64,000 bases of DNA from Thermodesulfobacteriota bacterium. GTDB taxonomy: Bacteria; Desulfobacterota; Desulfobacteria; Desulfobacterales; C00003060. Under the pieces are notes generated by a model. That model searched no databases. It was not told the origin of the DNA and was given only the letters and a program-made list of their open reading frames with translations. Positions 18,644 through 29,555 of the stretch are shown piece after piece. Where the stretch lies: positions 8,005 to 72,004 of the forward strand of contig JAXHVD010000022.1 of the NCBI GenBank assembly GCA_034189385.1, written 5' to 3'. Position 1 is the stretch's first letter. Each line of letters opens with the position of its first letter. The position numbers and the translations under genes are program-made.

Positions 18644-19837
18644 ATGTTGGTGTCCGAACGAATCAAGGCTATCAAACCGTCTCCGACCCTGGCCATGAAC
18701 GCAAAGGCCCTGTCTATGAGACAGGCAGGTGTGGATGTGATCAGCTTTGGTGTTGGAGAACCCGATTTTGACACACCTAAGCACATCTGCGAGGAAGCGG
18801 TCCGGGCCATGGAGGAGGGGTTTACGAGGTACACGGCCGTAGGGGGGGTGCCAGAGCTAAAAGATGCCATTATAGAGAAATTTGGGCAGGACAATGGCCT
18901 GCACTATGAGCGCGAGGAAGTCATGGTTTCCTGCGGAGGCAAACACGTGCTCTATAACTTGGCTCAGGCCACCTTGAACCCTGGTGATGAAGTTATCATT
19001 GCTGCACCCTATTGGGTTTCTTATCCTCCCATTGTGGTTCTGGCGGGGGGGAGACCTGTCATTGTGGAAACAAAGGAGGCTGAGGACTTTAAGTTGTCTC
19101 CCCATGCCTTGGAGGATGCCATCACACCTCGAACCAAGCTGTTGATTCTAAATAGCCCTTCCAATCCCACGGGATCGGTTTACACCCAATCTGAACTGGA
19201 GGCCTTGGCCGAAGTGGTCTTAAGGCACGACATATGGGTCGTCTCAGATGACATCTACGAAAAGCTCATTTTCGACGGCAAGCCCTTTTTCTGCATCGCA
19301 CAGGCAGGCGAGGAGGTCAAATCAAGGACGCTTGTTGTCAACGGGTTGTCCAAGGCCTATGCCATGACGGGCTGGCGTATCGGGTATGTGGGCGGGGCCC
19401 GTGAAGTCATTGCGGGGATGACAAAAATACAAAGCCAGAGCACATCAAATCCCAATTCCATCGCTCAGAGGGCTGCCATCGCGGCATTGAGGGGGCCGCA
19501 GGATTTAATTCCGGAGATGATGCAGGCCTTTCACGAGCGACGTAAGTACCTGGTAGATCGATTGAATGGTCTGCCTGGGGTCCAGTGCAACATGCCTGGG
19601 GGGGCTTTCTACGCCTTTCCCAATTTTAGCGCGTATTTCACAGACAACATGATAGACGGCAACATAGAAGGCTCTGCCAGTCTTTGCGAGTACCTCTTAA
19701 CCGAGGCACGGGTGGCCCTTGTGCCGGGCGTTGCCTTTGGCGCAGACGATTTCATCAGATTCTCTTTTGCAACAAGCCTGGAGGTTATAAAGGAAGGGCT
19801 AGAGAGAGTAGAGGGGGCACTTCACAGGCTGGGGTAG
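18644..19837 (+). CDS. PLP-dependent class I aminotransferase (aspartate aminotransferase-like)
   Basis: GVGEPDFDTP, NSPSNPTG, SDDIYE and SKAYAMTGWRIG motifs; alternative starts at 18629 and 18638. Confidence 0.95.
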   Translation: MLVSERIKAIKPSPTLAMNAKALSMRQAGVDVISFGVGEPDFDTPKHICEEAVRAMEEGFTRYTAVGGVPELKDAIIEKFGQDNGLHYEREEVMVSCGGKHVLYNLAQATLNPGDEVIIAAPYWVSYPPIVVLAGGRPVIVETKEAEDFKLSPHALEDAITPRTKLLILNSPSNPTGSVYTQSELEALAEVVLRHDIWVVSDDIYEKLIFDGKPFFCIAQAGEEVKSRTLVVNGLSKAYAMTGWRIGYVGGAREVIAGMTKIQSQSTSNPNSIAQRAAIAALRGPQDLIPEMMQAFHERRKYLVDRLNGLPGVQCNMPGGAFYAFPNFSAYFTDNMIDGNIEGSASLCEYLLTEARVALVPGVAFGADDFIRFSFATSLEVIKEGLERVEGALHRLG

Positions 19838-19869
19838 GCAATATTTAGTGCTGACAACTGGGGCATTGC

Positions 19870-20037
19870 ACGGGCTGTTGCCCAAATTCCTTTTCGTTTG
19901 GTCCAAGGTATCTTCTGATCACGCCCGGAGAGACCCAAGGCTTGCTCCGGTGACACGTCAAAACAAGACAGGCCAAGATTTGGCGGCAAAGACTTTTTGG
20001 TGATGGCCCAAAGGAATCTGTTTGGGCAACAGCCCGT
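19870..20037. repeat. 168-bp element bounded by a perfect 17-bp inverted repeat
   Basis: ACGGGCTGTTGCCCAAA ... TTTGGGCAACAGCCCGT between convergent genes; no TSD seen. Confidence 0.65.
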
Positions 20038-20074
20038 TGTACGAATGACCACTGACAGATGGTGAGCGGTGGAA

Positions 20075-20353
20075 CTAGTGGGCATTTCGCTTGGATGCCT
20101 TGAGCGGGTTGATCTTTGCACCATTTTCCCTGGCAGACGTCTTCACATGGGTGGCAAGGTTACATTTGCCGTTTTTCCATTTGAGTGAAGGGTCGGGGCA
20201 AGCTGTGCAATACCATCCTGAGACACATTCTGAGGCGCGGTCACAGCCCTCGCATTGTTCCACAATGGGATGGCACGTACCGCCATTGAAAGAACACCCG
20301 TTCTTGGTCATAAATGGACACTCTACGCCGGGCTTTACAGTTGTACAGTCCAT
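20075..20353 (-). CDS. PxxKW-family cysteine-rich protein
   Basis: CPFM..GC..NGG.C..IVEQCEGC, PSLKW, CNLATH and KINPLKASKR motifs. Confidence 0.9.
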   Translation of the reverse strand: MDCTTVKPGVECPFMTKNGCSFNGGTCHPIVEQCEGCDRASECVSGWYCTACPDPSLKWKNGKCNLATHVKTSARENGAKINPLKASKRNAH

Positions 20354-20826
20354 TGGAATCACCCCCTTTTCTTTCTAATTCTGTAGGCTCATGAACAGGG
20401 CCCAAGAAGCGTCCTTTCATATGAACGAAATGGTCCTTTGTCAACAAGATTCCCAGACCTTCGTTCTTTTTTCTTCATGAGGCGCTCTTTTATTGTTGCG
20501 TCTCGGTCTCTTCCGGGAACGCGATCGTTGGAATGAGTCTTGCATGTCTTTCCTTTGCAGCACGTTTTTTCTCTTTGGACAAACCAAGGGAAGGTTCAAG
20601 CGCTTTGGTTGTGGACATGTCCCTTGTTTGCTAATAAGCCTTCAAGGTAGCAGGGACGCAGTTGTGTGCTCTGGTAAAGGCAGTCTTTCGGCTTTCCGTC
20701 CAGGCATGCCTCGATTACAGGTGGCTGTATGAGAGAGTCACTTGGCGTCAACAAATTGTCACCCGCACCCAGGGAGGGCTTGAACCGAATAAGGGAGCGC
20801 AATCTCCACAGGAGACGAGGTGGCTT

Positions 20827-22038
20827 ATGCCGATCTATTTGTGGCGAGGAGAAGACAGAAAGGGCATTATCCAGAAGGGTGAAGTAGAGGCTGATGACCA
20901 GAAGGCCGCAGAAGCCCAAGTGCGGCGCATGAACATCAGGGTCACCAAAATAAAGAAAAAGCCCAAAGATTTGTTTGAAAACGTCGGCTTTTTGCAGCCT
21001 CGGGTACGCAACGCTGATGTAGTTGTATTTGCAAGACAATTTGCAACCATGATAAACGCCGGACTTCCACTGATTCAGTGCCTTGATATCTTGCAGGCAC
21101 AGCAAGAAAACAAAACCTTCAAGACCATGTTGAAGGATATCAAGGAGTCTGTAGAGAGCGGCTCAACCCTTGCGGATGCCTTGGGGAAGTATCCGGCCAT
21201 ATTTGACGACCTTTTCGCAAACATGGTAGCGGCGGGAGAAACAGCCGGTATCTTGGACACCATCTTAAACCGACTTTCAGAGTACATGGAAAAAGCTCAG
21301 AGGCTCAAGAAGCAGGTCAAGTCGGCCATGACGTATCCCATTATAGTCCTTGTCGTTGCCGTCCTTGTGATTAGCGTCATCTTGGTCTTTGTCATTCCCG
21401 TCTTCAAAGAGATGTTCGAGGACTTTGGGGGAGCCCTCCCTGTACCCACTCAGATTGTCGTAAACATGAGCGAGTTTGTTCAGAGTAACATCCTGTATGT
21501 CATTGTCGGCATTGTCATTTTTGTCTTCTTATTTAGAAAGTTTTATGCCACTGAAAAGGGTCGTGCCATCGTAGACAACTATCTGCTGAAGATACCTATT
21601 TTTGGCGCACTCTTGCGTAAGGTGGCGGTGGCGAAATTTACACGAACCCTTGGCACCATGGTCGGCAGCGGGGTGCCCATCTTGGACGCGTTGAATATTA
21701 CGGCAAAGACCTCAGGCAACAAGACCGTTGAGACGGCCATCATGAAGACGCGGTCGGCTATTAGCGAGGGGCAAACCATGGCAGCCCCCCTGGGTGAGAC
21801 TGGGGTGTTTCCTTCCATGGTGTGTCAGATGGTGGCGGTGGGAGAATCTACAGGGGCCTTGGATTCCATGCTTGCCAAAATAGCCGATTATTATGATGAA
21901 GAAGTGGATGCCGCAGTCGCAACCCTCACGTCTATGATTGAGCCCTTTATGATGGTGTTTCTGGGTGCTACCATTGGCGGGTTGGTTATTGCGATGTACT
22001 TGCCCATTTTCCAGATGGCTGGTGCTATTGGTGGATAA
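20827..22038 (+). CDS. pilC: Type IV pilus / T2SS platform protein (GspF family)
   Basis: FARQFATMINAGLPL, AMTYP and IAMYLPIF motifs. Confidence 0.93.
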   Translation: MPIYLWRGEDRKGIIQKGEVEADDQKAAEAQVRRMNIRVTKIKKKPKDLFENVGFLQPRVRNADVVVFARQFATMINAGLPLIQCLDILQAQQENKTFKTMLKDIKESVESGSTLADALGKYPAIFDDLFANMVAAGETAGILDTILNRLSEYMEKAQRLKKQVKSAMTYPIIVLVVAVLVISVILVFVIPVFKEMFEDFGGALPVPTQIVVNMSEFVQSNILYVIVGIVIFVFLFRKFYATEKGRAIVDNYLLKIPIFGALLRKVAVAKFTRTLGTMVGSGVPILDALNITAKTSGNKTVETAIMKTRSAISEGQTMAAPLGETGVFPSMVCQMVAVGESTGALDSMLAKIADYYDEEVDAAVATLTSMIEPFMMVFLGATIGGLVIAMYLPIFQMAGAIGG

Positions 22039-22195
22039 TGCACAGTCTAAGGCCAAGCCCTTTGTGCCCATGCCGTGCGTCTTGGGGGCTTGAAGCCGAT
22101 TCCCCTTGCCAATAGCAAAGGGATGTGCAAACGTGTCCTCAGATCCTGCACGCGCCCCTGTTCATTTCAATCTCCCCTTTTCAACAAGACTCAGC

Positions 22196-22328
22196 GAGGG
22201 CTTTGCATAACCGGTTTGAGCGGCCATTACAGGCTTTTTGGGGAACCCATTCCGGCGAAGCGAAGGGTCCGCCCTTGCGGATCAAAAAGCTTGTAGGAAG
22301 AAGCGAAAATGGGTTTTGCAAAGGTCTC
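22196..22328 (+). repeat. Structured intergenic repeat family B, copy 2 (MITE-like)
   Basis: Imperfect terminal IR GAGGGCTTTGCATAA / TTTTGCAAAGGTCTC (12/15); core shared with 4647-4786. Confidence 0.7.
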
Positions 22329-22438
22329 TTGGCAACGAGGGATCTGGGCCCCCGTGGTCTCTGACCCTTCCCCACCTGCCGGGCCTTTTATCTTGACACG
22401 TTGGGGCAAATAAGTTAGCAGGAATCCTTTAAACTTTT

Positions 22439-22640
22439 AGTAACGTTCAGAGGTTGTGGCATCTTGTAGGCCGGAGCAGACCATTTGACGATAGGGACGC
22501 GGATCTCTTCGGCATCTCATGCCCTTGAGACGCCTATGTCATTGGCGCAGATGCAACAAGGCTGTGTGCCTGTGTTGTGCGCTTTTTTCTATTACCCCAA
22601 CTGCTGAACAACTGGGCTTGGTTCAACGCTTGAACGTGCC
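22439..22640 (+). mobile_element. MITE family A, copy 2 (older, diverged)
   Basis: AGTAACGTTCAGAGGTTG...CAACGCTTGAACGTGCC; TSD AAACTTTT/AAGCTTTT (7/8); internal GATAGGG..TCTCTTCGGCATC shared with the other copies. Confidence 0.8.
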
Positions 22641-22666
22641 AAGCTTTTCCATGAGGTGGCTATCCA

Positions 22667-24142
22667 GTGGACGAATCTGATGTTTTCCGTCAGCGACGAG
22701 AGAAGGCAAAGATCCTAACTGATCGTGGTATTGAGCTCTATCCAAACGACTTTAGGGTTTCACACACCGTAAGGGGCGTGAAGGCATGCATTGAGAAGGA
22801 CAAGGAGGCTGGAGACTCTGGGGCTATTTATGCCATGGCCGGCAGGATGATGGCGCTCAGATCTTTCGGTAGGGCAGCGTTCCTGCACTTCAAGGACCAA
22901 ACGGGCAGGCTTCAAGCCTACGTCAAACAAGACGAGATTGGCAAGGAAGCCCATGCCATGTTCAAACAGATGGACATTGGTGACTTCATCGGGCTCAGAG
23001 GCACCGTGTTTCAGACCAAGACGGGCGAATGGACCCTTTTAGCCAAAGAGATTCGATTGCTTTGTAAGGCCGTTCGGCCGTTGCCTGAAAAGTTCCATGG
23101 ACTGAAAGATCCGGAAAAGCGCTACCGAAAGAGGTACCTGGACCTCATTATGAACCCGAGTGTTCGGGATATCTTTGTTAACAGGGCACGGATCATTCAG
23201 GCGTTTCGGGAGTTCCTGCTGGCCCGGGACTTCCTGGAAGTAGAGACACCGATGATGCAGCCTATTCCCGGAGGGGCTGAGGCGACTCCTTTTAAGACCT
23301 TTCACAAGGCCTTGGGGATGGAACTCTTCCTGCGAATAGCTCCGGAGCTTTACCTAAAACGATTGGTTATAGGGGGGATTGAAGCCGTTTTTGAAATAAA
23401 CAGGAATTTTAGGAATGAAGGGGTCTCAACGAGACACAACCCAGAGTTCACGATGCTGGAATTCTACCTGGCCTATGCCACCTATGACGACCTGATGACC
23501 TTGACTGAGGAGATGTTCAGATTTGTAACCCGGAGAATATTGGGAGAACCCCATTTCACATACCAAGGAAACCAGATTGATTTGGACGGTCCTTGGCGCC
23601 GATTGACCCTCAAAGACGCCCTGAGTGAGCTGGGGGGGGTCGATCCTCTTCTTCTCAGTGACAAGGAAGGATTGCTCGATTTTGCCCGGTCCAAAGGGAT
23701 TCAGGTGACAAAGAGACGACGGCTTGGCAAAATCTTGGCCAAGCTATTCGAGGTATTGGTGGAGCCCAAGTTGATAGCGCCCACTTTTGTTGTGGACTAT
23801 CCGGTAGAGATTTCACCCCTTGCCAGAAGGAGCAGGTCAGACCCCGGTGTAACCGAGCGATTCGAGCTGTTTATTGGAGGCAATGAGATAGCTAACGGGT
23901 TTTCAGAGCTAAACGATCCCATCGACCAGAGAGATCGCTTTTTGGACCAGGTGACAGATCGTCAAGACGGTGACGAAGAGGCCCATTACATGGATGAAGA
24001 CTATGTGACGGCTCTCGAATATGGAATGCCTCCTACGGCGGGAGAAGGTATCGGCATTGACAGGTTTGTCATGTTGCTAACCGATGTTGCTTCCATCCGT
24101 GAAGTTATCCTTTTCCCCTTGTTAAGGCAATTTGATCGTTAG
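22667..24142 (+). CDS. lysS: Lysyl-tRNA synthetase class II
   Basis: PLPEKFHGL, LRIAPELYLKRL, HNPEFTMLE and YGMPPTAG motifs. Confidence 0.99.
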   Translation: MDESDVFRQRREKAKILTDRGIELYPNDFRVSHTVRGVKACIEKDKEAGDSGAIYAMAGRMMALRSFGRAAFLHFKDQTGRLQAYVKQDEIGKEAHAMFKQMDIGDFIGLRGTVFQTKTGEWTLLAKEIRLLCKAVRPLPEKFHGLKDPEKRYRKRYLDLIMNPSVRDIFVNRARIIQAFREFLLARDFLEVETPMMQPIPGGAEATPFKTFHKALGMELFLRIAPELYLKRLVIGGIEAVFEINRNFRNEGVSTRHNPEFTMLEFYLAYATYDDLMTLTEEMFRFVTRRILGEPHFTYQGNQIDLDGPWRRLTLKDALSELGGVDPLLLSDKEGLLDFARSKGIQVTKRRRLGKILAKLFEVLVEPKLIAPTFVVDYPVEISPLARRSRSDPGVTERFELFIGGNEIANGFSELNDPIDQRDRFLDQVTDRQDGDEEAHYMDEDYVTALEYGMPPTAGEGIGIDRFVMLLTDVASIREVILFPLLRQFDR

Positions 24143-24315
24143 TGCGTGCCCATCTGCACGCCCTGCAAGGAAGCGGGCACTAGTGTCATGCACCAGAAGT
24201 GCCATTAGTCACGGTGCAGCCGAAAGTCTTTTAGGTGCGACATTGAGTATTTTCGGAAGTTATTGTTGAGAAGCCATCGTGGCTTTTTGAGACCTCAGAC
24301 AAAGAAGCTTTAGAG

Positions 24316-25572
24316 ATGTCCTTTGAACTATTTGTCGGCCTTCGGTACCTTCGGGCAAAACAAAAAGAGGCCTTCATTTCAATAAACGCCTTTATATCTA
24401 TCGCAGGGGTCATGCTCGGCGTGACGGCCATGATGGTGGTTTTGGCAGTCATGACTGGGTTCAGTGCGGACATTAAATCGAAGATCCTGGGCATGAATGC
24501 CCATATCCGTGTCATGAGCCAGAGCGGGAACCTAAAGGACTATGGACAGGTACTGAAGAAGATTGAGGGGGTGCACGGGGTGACGGCTGCGGCTCCTTTC
24601 GTCCACAGTCAAGTGATGCTTCGTGGTGGGTCCCATATTTCCGGGGCAATCTTGAAGGGAATCGACCCGTCCAGGGCTGGTCGGGTATTGGATTTGGAAA
24701 AAAATATGAGGGACCATGATCTGCGCGCACTCAGCCAGCCAGAGGGCACACAGACAGATGGAGGCGTCGCCCCCGTTCCTGGCATTATCTTGGGACAAGA
24801 GCTTGCCAGGTTGCTGATGGTGGGTCCTGAAGATGAATTGCATGTCATCTCTCCCACAGGGGGCAGCCTCACGCCCGTCGGAGGGCGGGTGCCCTACATG
24901 AAAAGATTTAGAGTCGTGGGGCTCTTTGATTCAGGGATGTATGACTACGATACATCCTTTGCCTATGTCTCTATTGAATCGGCCCAGCGGCTGTTGAGGC
25001 TTGGAGATTCAGTCAATGGGATCGAGGTGAGGGCCGATGACATCTATCGTGTTGGTCCTATCTGCCAGACTATTTTGGAGGGCCTTGGCCCTGGTTATTG
25101 GACGCAGGACTGGATGGAAATGAACAAGAATTTCTTTTCTGCCCTGAAGCTGGAAAAGACCGTCATGTTCATCATTCTGGTACTCATCATCTTGGTGGCT
25201 GCTTTCAACATCGTCAGTACGCTGATCATGATGGTCATGGACAAGACCAAGGAGATTGCTATTCTCAAGTCCATGGGTGCAAAGGGGAAGAGCATCATGA
25301 AGATCTTCATGTTCGATGGTCTTATAATAGGTATAGCGGGGACTATCTTGGGCCTTATAGGAGGGGGCTTGCTGTGCTATTTGTTAGAGCGTTATGAATT
25401 TGTCAAGCTTCCAAGTGATGTCTACTATATTTCCACCCTCCCTGTCAGAGTCCAGGTGTTAGATGTGGTCCTCATCGCCCTGTCGGCAGTGGCCATTAGC
25501 TTCTTGGCGACCCTCTACCCGTCCTATCAGGCGTCCAGGTTGGATCCAGCTACAGCTATTAAGTATGAATAG
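24316..25572 (+). CDS. Lipoprotein-releasing ABC permease (LolC/E/F type)
   Basis: [26 protein letters not shown] and TLYPSYQA motifs; upstream of lolD. Confidence 0.95.
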   Translation: MSFELFVGLRYLRAKQKEAFISINAFISIAGVMLGVTAMMVVLAVMTGFSADIKSKILGMNAHIRVMSQSGNLKDYGQVLKKIEGVHGVTAAAPFVHSQVMLRGGSHISGAILKGIDPSRAGRVLDLEKNMRDHDLRALSQPEGTQTDGGVAPVPGIILGQELARLLMVGPEDELHVISPTGGSLTPVGGRVPYMKRFRVVGLFDSGMYDYDTSFAYVSIESAQRLLRLGDSVNGIEVRADDIYRVGPICQTILEGLGPGYWTQDWMEMNKNFFSALKLEKTVMFIILVLIILVAAFNIVSTLIMMVMDKTKEIAILKSMGAKGKSIMKIFMFDGLIIGIAGTILGLIGGGLLCYLLERYEFVKLPSDVYYISTLPVRVQVLDVVLIALSAVAISFLATLYPSYQASRLDPATAIKYE

Positions 25573-26257
25573 GCAGCTTCGGCCATTGGTGAGCGTTGTA
25601 GACGTCCACAAATCCTTTGCCACAAATGGCAACCGGGTGGACGTGTTGCGGGGGGTTTCCTTGGAGATCCAGCAGGGAGAAATGATTGCCGTTGTGGGTG
25701 CCTCTGGCGTGGGCAAGTCCACATTGCTTCATGTCTTGGGAACCTTAGAACGACCCGATAGTGGAGATGTCCTTTATGGAGGTGAGGAGGTTTTCAGCTA
25801 CGATGACGAGAAACTGGCCTCTTTCCGCAACGAGTCTATCGGCTTTGTCTTTCAGTTTCACCACTTGTTGCCGGAGTTTAATGCCCTGGAAAACACGATG
25901 ATGCCTGCCCTTATCAAGGGCATGAATGTGACAGAGGCGAGTGAACAGGCTGAAACCATATTGGTCCGCGTTGGCCTGAAAGATCGGCTTCGCCATCAGG
26001 TGGGCGAGCTTTCAGGAGGCGAACAACAGAGGGTGGCTGTGGCTAGGTCTTTGGTCCTTCGGCCATCGGTCCTCTTGGCGGACGAACCGACCGGTAATCT
26101 TGATACAAAGACTGGTGAGACCATACACGATCTTCTGATCTCCTTGAACCGTGATGACGATGTGACGGCTGTCATCGTGACCCATAACATGAAGTTGGCT
26201 GAAAGATTATCCCGTCAGGTGACCCTGATTGACGGGAGGGCAGTCTCGGTAGATTGA
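25565..26257 (+). CDS. lolD: Lipoprotein-releasing ABC ATPase
   Basis: [27 protein letters not shown] and ADEPTGNLD motifs. Confidence 0.96.
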   Translation: MNRQLRPLVSVVDVHKSFATNGNRVDVLRGVSLEIQQGEMIAVVGASGVGKSTLLHVLGTLERPDSGDVLYGGEEVFSYDDEKLASFRNESIGFVFQFHHLLPEFNALENTMMPALIKGMNVTEASEQAETILVRVGLKDRLRHQVGELSGGEQQRVAVARSLVLRPSVLLADEPTGNLDTKTGETIHDLLISLNRDDDVTAVIVTHNMKLAERLSRQVTLIDGRAVSVD

Positions 26258-26258
26258 G

Positions 26259-28904
26259 GTGCGTATGCTAAGGCGATGGTTGTGTGCTGTGCTGATCTTG
26301 TTGCCCGGCTGGATAAGTGTCATAGCCCAGGAGCACTTGCGAGTAGTAGTTCTTCCCTTTGAGATACACGCCCCTCAAGGGGGAGAAGGCCTGAAAGGCC
26401 AGATTCGGACGCTCCTTGCAAATCAACTCAAAGAGGAGGGGATGGTGGTTGTGGAACCGTCGATCCCCCATGAGGCCCCACTTGTTTCCAAAGACTTGAG
26501 ATTGGAACAGGTCCGCGCATTGGGCTCAGGGGCAGGCGCCGACTTCGTCATATGGGGAAGTCTTACTCAGATGGGGCAGCAGTACAGTCTGGATGCCAAG
26601 ATGGTGAGAGCCTATGGCGAGAAGCCGCCAGAGATTCTATACGTTGCAGGGGAGGGTATGGAGAATTTGTTATACTCTGTTCGGCAGCTTGGACAGGACA
26701 TCAGCATGAGGATGTACGAGAGGGACAAGGTGGCCGAGGTCTTGCTCACAGGCAACAAGCGGATAGAGTCTGAGGCCATCAAGCGGGTGATGAAGACCAA
26801 GAAGGGTGGTGTCTATCTAGCCAAGCACATCAGGGCTGATGTGAAGGCCATTTATGGGATGGGCTATTTTGGTGACGTCCGCGTCGAGGCCGACACTACG
26901 CCTGAAGGAAAGGTGGTCACTTTCCAAGTTGCAGAGAAAGAGACCGTTCGCAACATCAAGACACGGGGGAACAACGAGTTTGACGACGAAAAGATCAAAG
27001 GCTTGATTCGTACCAGGAAGGGGAGCGTCTTGAACATCAACAGGCTTCGCGATTCCGTAAAGGAGATTGAGAACCTTTACAAGGAGGAGGGCTACCATCA
27101 TGTGAAGGTGACCTATGTGACAAAGCCTGTTTCAGAGGGCCGTGTGGATGTTGATTTTGTAATTGAAGAAGGCGACAAGGCTTTCATCAAGTCCCTCTCT
27201 TTTGAAGGCAACCACACCTATGATGATGATACGTTGAAGGACCTGATGAAGACCAAGGTGAAGGGTTTCTTTTCATGGTTTACCTCGTCGGGAGATTATG
27301 ATCCTGAGGTTCTGGAACAAGATTTGTCTAAGGTCGCTGCTTTTTATCACAATCATGGCTACATTCAGGCAAGGGTTGGAGGGCCGCAAGTCACCTATAA
27401 GGGTAACTGGATTCATATTGCCATGAAGATAGAGGAGGGGCCGCAGTTTACGGTTGGTGATGTGGATATTGCAGGAGATCTCATACAGCCTAAGCAGGTC
27501 CTGCTGGAGAAGATAGAGACTGCCACAGGCCAGGTTTACAACCGTGAACTGATAAGGAGTGATATACTCAGTTTGAGAGACGCCTATTCCGATGCAGGAT
27601 ATGCGCACCCTGATATCTCCCCACAGGTTGACAAGGATTTTGAAAAACACAAGGCTCATATTACCTATGTCGTCCACAAGGGGCCAGTGGTCTATTTTGA
27701 AAAGATCATGATTGCGGGCAACACCAAGACGCGGGACAAGGTGATTCGCAGAGAGCTCCAGGTCTACGAGCAAGAACTCTTCAGCGGGAGACGGTTGAAG
27801 AGAGGCGCGCGTAACTTGTATCGCCTTGATTATTTTGAAGACGTAAAGGTGAACCCCACAAAGGGGACGGCCGATGACAAAATGATCCTTAAGATCGACG
27901 TGACGGAAAAGCCCACCGGTGCATTTAGTTTTGGCGGTGGCTACAGCTCCGTAGACGACGTGTTTCTTATGGGATCGATTTCACAAAGAAACTTCCTCGG
28001 CAGAGGGCAAACTCTTAGCTTGCAGGCCCAGTTGGGCGGCCGAACCAACACCTTTACATTCAGCTTCACGGAACCATGGCTGTTTGACACGCCACTGACA
28101 GCAGGTTTTGATCTCTACAATACGGAAAGGGACTATGATACCTATGACAAGGATAGCATAGGGGGCACCGTTCGTTTCGGCTATCCTGTCCTGGACTACA
28201 CCCGGGCCTTCTTTTCCTACAACTATGACCGGGGCGACATCAGGAACCTCACAGAAGAGGCTTCTGCTGCCATCAAGGATCTTGAAGGATTAAACGTGGC
28301 CCACACAGTGACTGCGGTTTTAAGCCGGGATTCAAGGGACCGTGTTTTTCAGCCCACTGAGGGCTCGGACAACAGCATTACCGTCAAACATGCTGGAACG
28401 CCCTTTGGTGGCGATATTGGGTACACCAAGTATGTTCTTGATTCTGGATGGTATTTCCCCCTTTTTTGGGATACCGTTGGTCTGTTGCATGGTCGTACAG
28501 GCTTTATCCACGGTGACCCTGTGGGCAAGGTGCCCTTGTGGGAGCGCTTCTACCTGGGAGGCATGGGTTCTGTGCGGGGTTACGAGTGGCGGGATATCAG
28601 CCCCAGAGACCCGGAGACGGGGGACGAGATCGGGGGAAACAAGATGCTACAGTTTAATGTGGAGTTCATGTTTCCCCTCATAAAGGAATCAGGCCTGCAA
28701 GGGGTCCTGTTCTGCGATGCGGGAATGGCCTATGATAATGGAGAAGACATGGACCTCGGTGAGTTGAGAAAGAGCATAGGCTACGGTATCAGATGGTATT
28801 CTCCAATAGGCCCCATCCGTTTGGAATATGGATACATCTTGGATGACAAAGAAGGGAAAAAAGGCGATGGAGGGTTTGAGTTCACCATGGGGGCTGCGTT
28901 TTAG
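26259..28904 (+). CDS. bamA: Outer membrane protein assembly factor BamA, with an extra N-terminal domain
   Basis: POTRA repeats (GNTKTRDKVIRRE), VRGY motif, SPIGPIRL, terminal Phe. Confidence 0.97.
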   Translation: MRMLRRWLCAVLILLPGWISVIAQEHLRVVVLPFEIHAPQGGEGLKGQIRTLLANQLKEEGMVVVEPSIPHEAPLVSKDLRLEQVRALGSGAGADFVIWGSLTQMGQQYSLDAKMVRAYGEKPPEILYVAGEGMENLLYSVRQLGQDISMRMYERDKVAEVLLTGNKRIESEAIKRVMKTKKGGVYLAKHIRADVKAIYGMGYFGDVRVEADTTPEGKVVTFQVAEKETVRNIKTRGNNEFDDEKIKGLIRTRKGSVLNINRLRDSVKEIENLYKEEGYHHVKVTYVTKPVSEGRVDVDFVIEEGDKAFIKSLSFEGNHTYDDDTLKDLMKTKVKGFFSWFTSSGDYDPEVLEQDLSKVAAFYHNHGYIQARVGGPQVTYKGNWIHIAMKIEEGPQFTVGDVDIAGDLIQPKQVLLEKIETATGQVYNRELIRSDILSLRDAYSDAGYAHPDISPQVDKDFEKHKAHITYVVHKGPVVYFEKIMIAGNTKTRDKVIRRELQVYEQELFSGRRLKRGARNLYRLDYFEDVKVNPTKGTADDKMILKIDVTEKPTGAFSFGGGYSSVDDVFLMGSISQRNFLGRGQTLSLQAQLGGRTNTFTFSFTEPWLFDTPLTAGFDLYNTERDYDTYDKDSIGGTVRFGYPVLDYTRAFFSYNYDRGDIRNLTEEASAAIKDLEGLNVAHTVTAVLSRDSRDRVFQPTEGSDNSITVKHAGTPFGGDIGYTKYVLDSGWYFPLFWDTVGLLHGRTGFIHGDPVGKVPLWERFYLGGMGSVRGYEWRDISPRDPETGDEIGGNKMLQFNVEFMFPLIKESGLQGVLFCDAGMAYDNGEDMDLGELRKSIGYGIRWYSPIGPIRLEYGYILDDKEGKKGDGGFEFTMGAAF

Positions 28905-28910
28905 GCCAAG

Positions 28911-28988
28911 GGTCATTGGCCATTGGTCATTTGTCATTGGTATGCCGTTGTTTGCTGCCTGTGACAGATGACGAGTGACAAATGACAA
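28911..28988. repeat. Two inverted arrays of heptamer tandem repeats
   Basis: GGTCATT-GGCCATT-GGTCATT-TGTCATT ... GTGACAG-ATGACGA-GTGACAA-ATGACAA. Confidence 0.75.
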
Positions 28989-29013
28989 TTGATGAAAAGG
29001 GGAGGTTTTTCTC

Positions 29014-29553
29014 ATGAAGGCACCTACCATGTTTTTGGTTTTGACCCTATGTCTGTTGGGTTTTGCAGGGAGCGTCTGCGGGGCTGAGGTGGCAAAGATA
29101 GGTGTGATCGATTTCCAGGTGATCATTGACACTTCCAATGCTGGAAAGCGGTCCGCCGGTGAGATGAAGTCGCAGGGAAAGGAAATGGAGCAGACCCTTA
29201 AAGAAAAAGAGGCCGAAGTCGAAGAGCTCAAGAAGGCCTTAGAGCAGAAGGCCCTCGTCATGAGTGAAGAGGCCCGAGAGAAAAAGGAGCGGGAGTTGCG
29301 GATCAAGGCCATTGATTTCGATTCTCTCAGGAAGAAGTACCTGGAGACTTTAAAGGATCTGAATCTCAAACTCTCTGACAGGATCAAGGAAGACGTTTTT
29401 CACATTGTTGAGGACATAGGAAAGCGGGAAGGTTACTTGTTGATTTTGGAACGGAGGGTTGGAGGCGTTGTCTATGCGCCTCATGCGATTGACATCACGG
29501 ACAGGGTCATAGAGGCCTATAACAAACAAGATGCGCAACGAGAGAAGCAATAG
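29014..29553 (+). CDS. skp: OmpH/Skp periplasmic chaperone
   Basis: KIGVID, coiled coil, DITDRVI; lies between bamA and lpxD. Confidence 0.95.
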   Translation: MKAPTMFLVLTLCLLGFAGSVCGAEVAKIGVIDFQVIIDTSNAGKRSAGEMKSQGKEMEQTLKEKEAEVEELKKALEQKALVMSEEAREKKERELRIKAIDFDSLRKKYLETLKDLNLKLSDRIKEDVFHIVEDIGKREGYLLILERRVGGVVYAPHAIDITDRVIEAYNKQDAQREKQ

Positions 29554-29555
29554 AA

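Noticed and set aside
19861..20050. 6S RNA
   Set aside because: Size fits, but I see no clear central bubble or usual gene context; perfect terminal IRs fit a MITE better.
28911..28988. CRISPR array
   Set aside because: 7-bp tandem units without spacers; no CRISPR array or cas gene is seen anywhere in the window.
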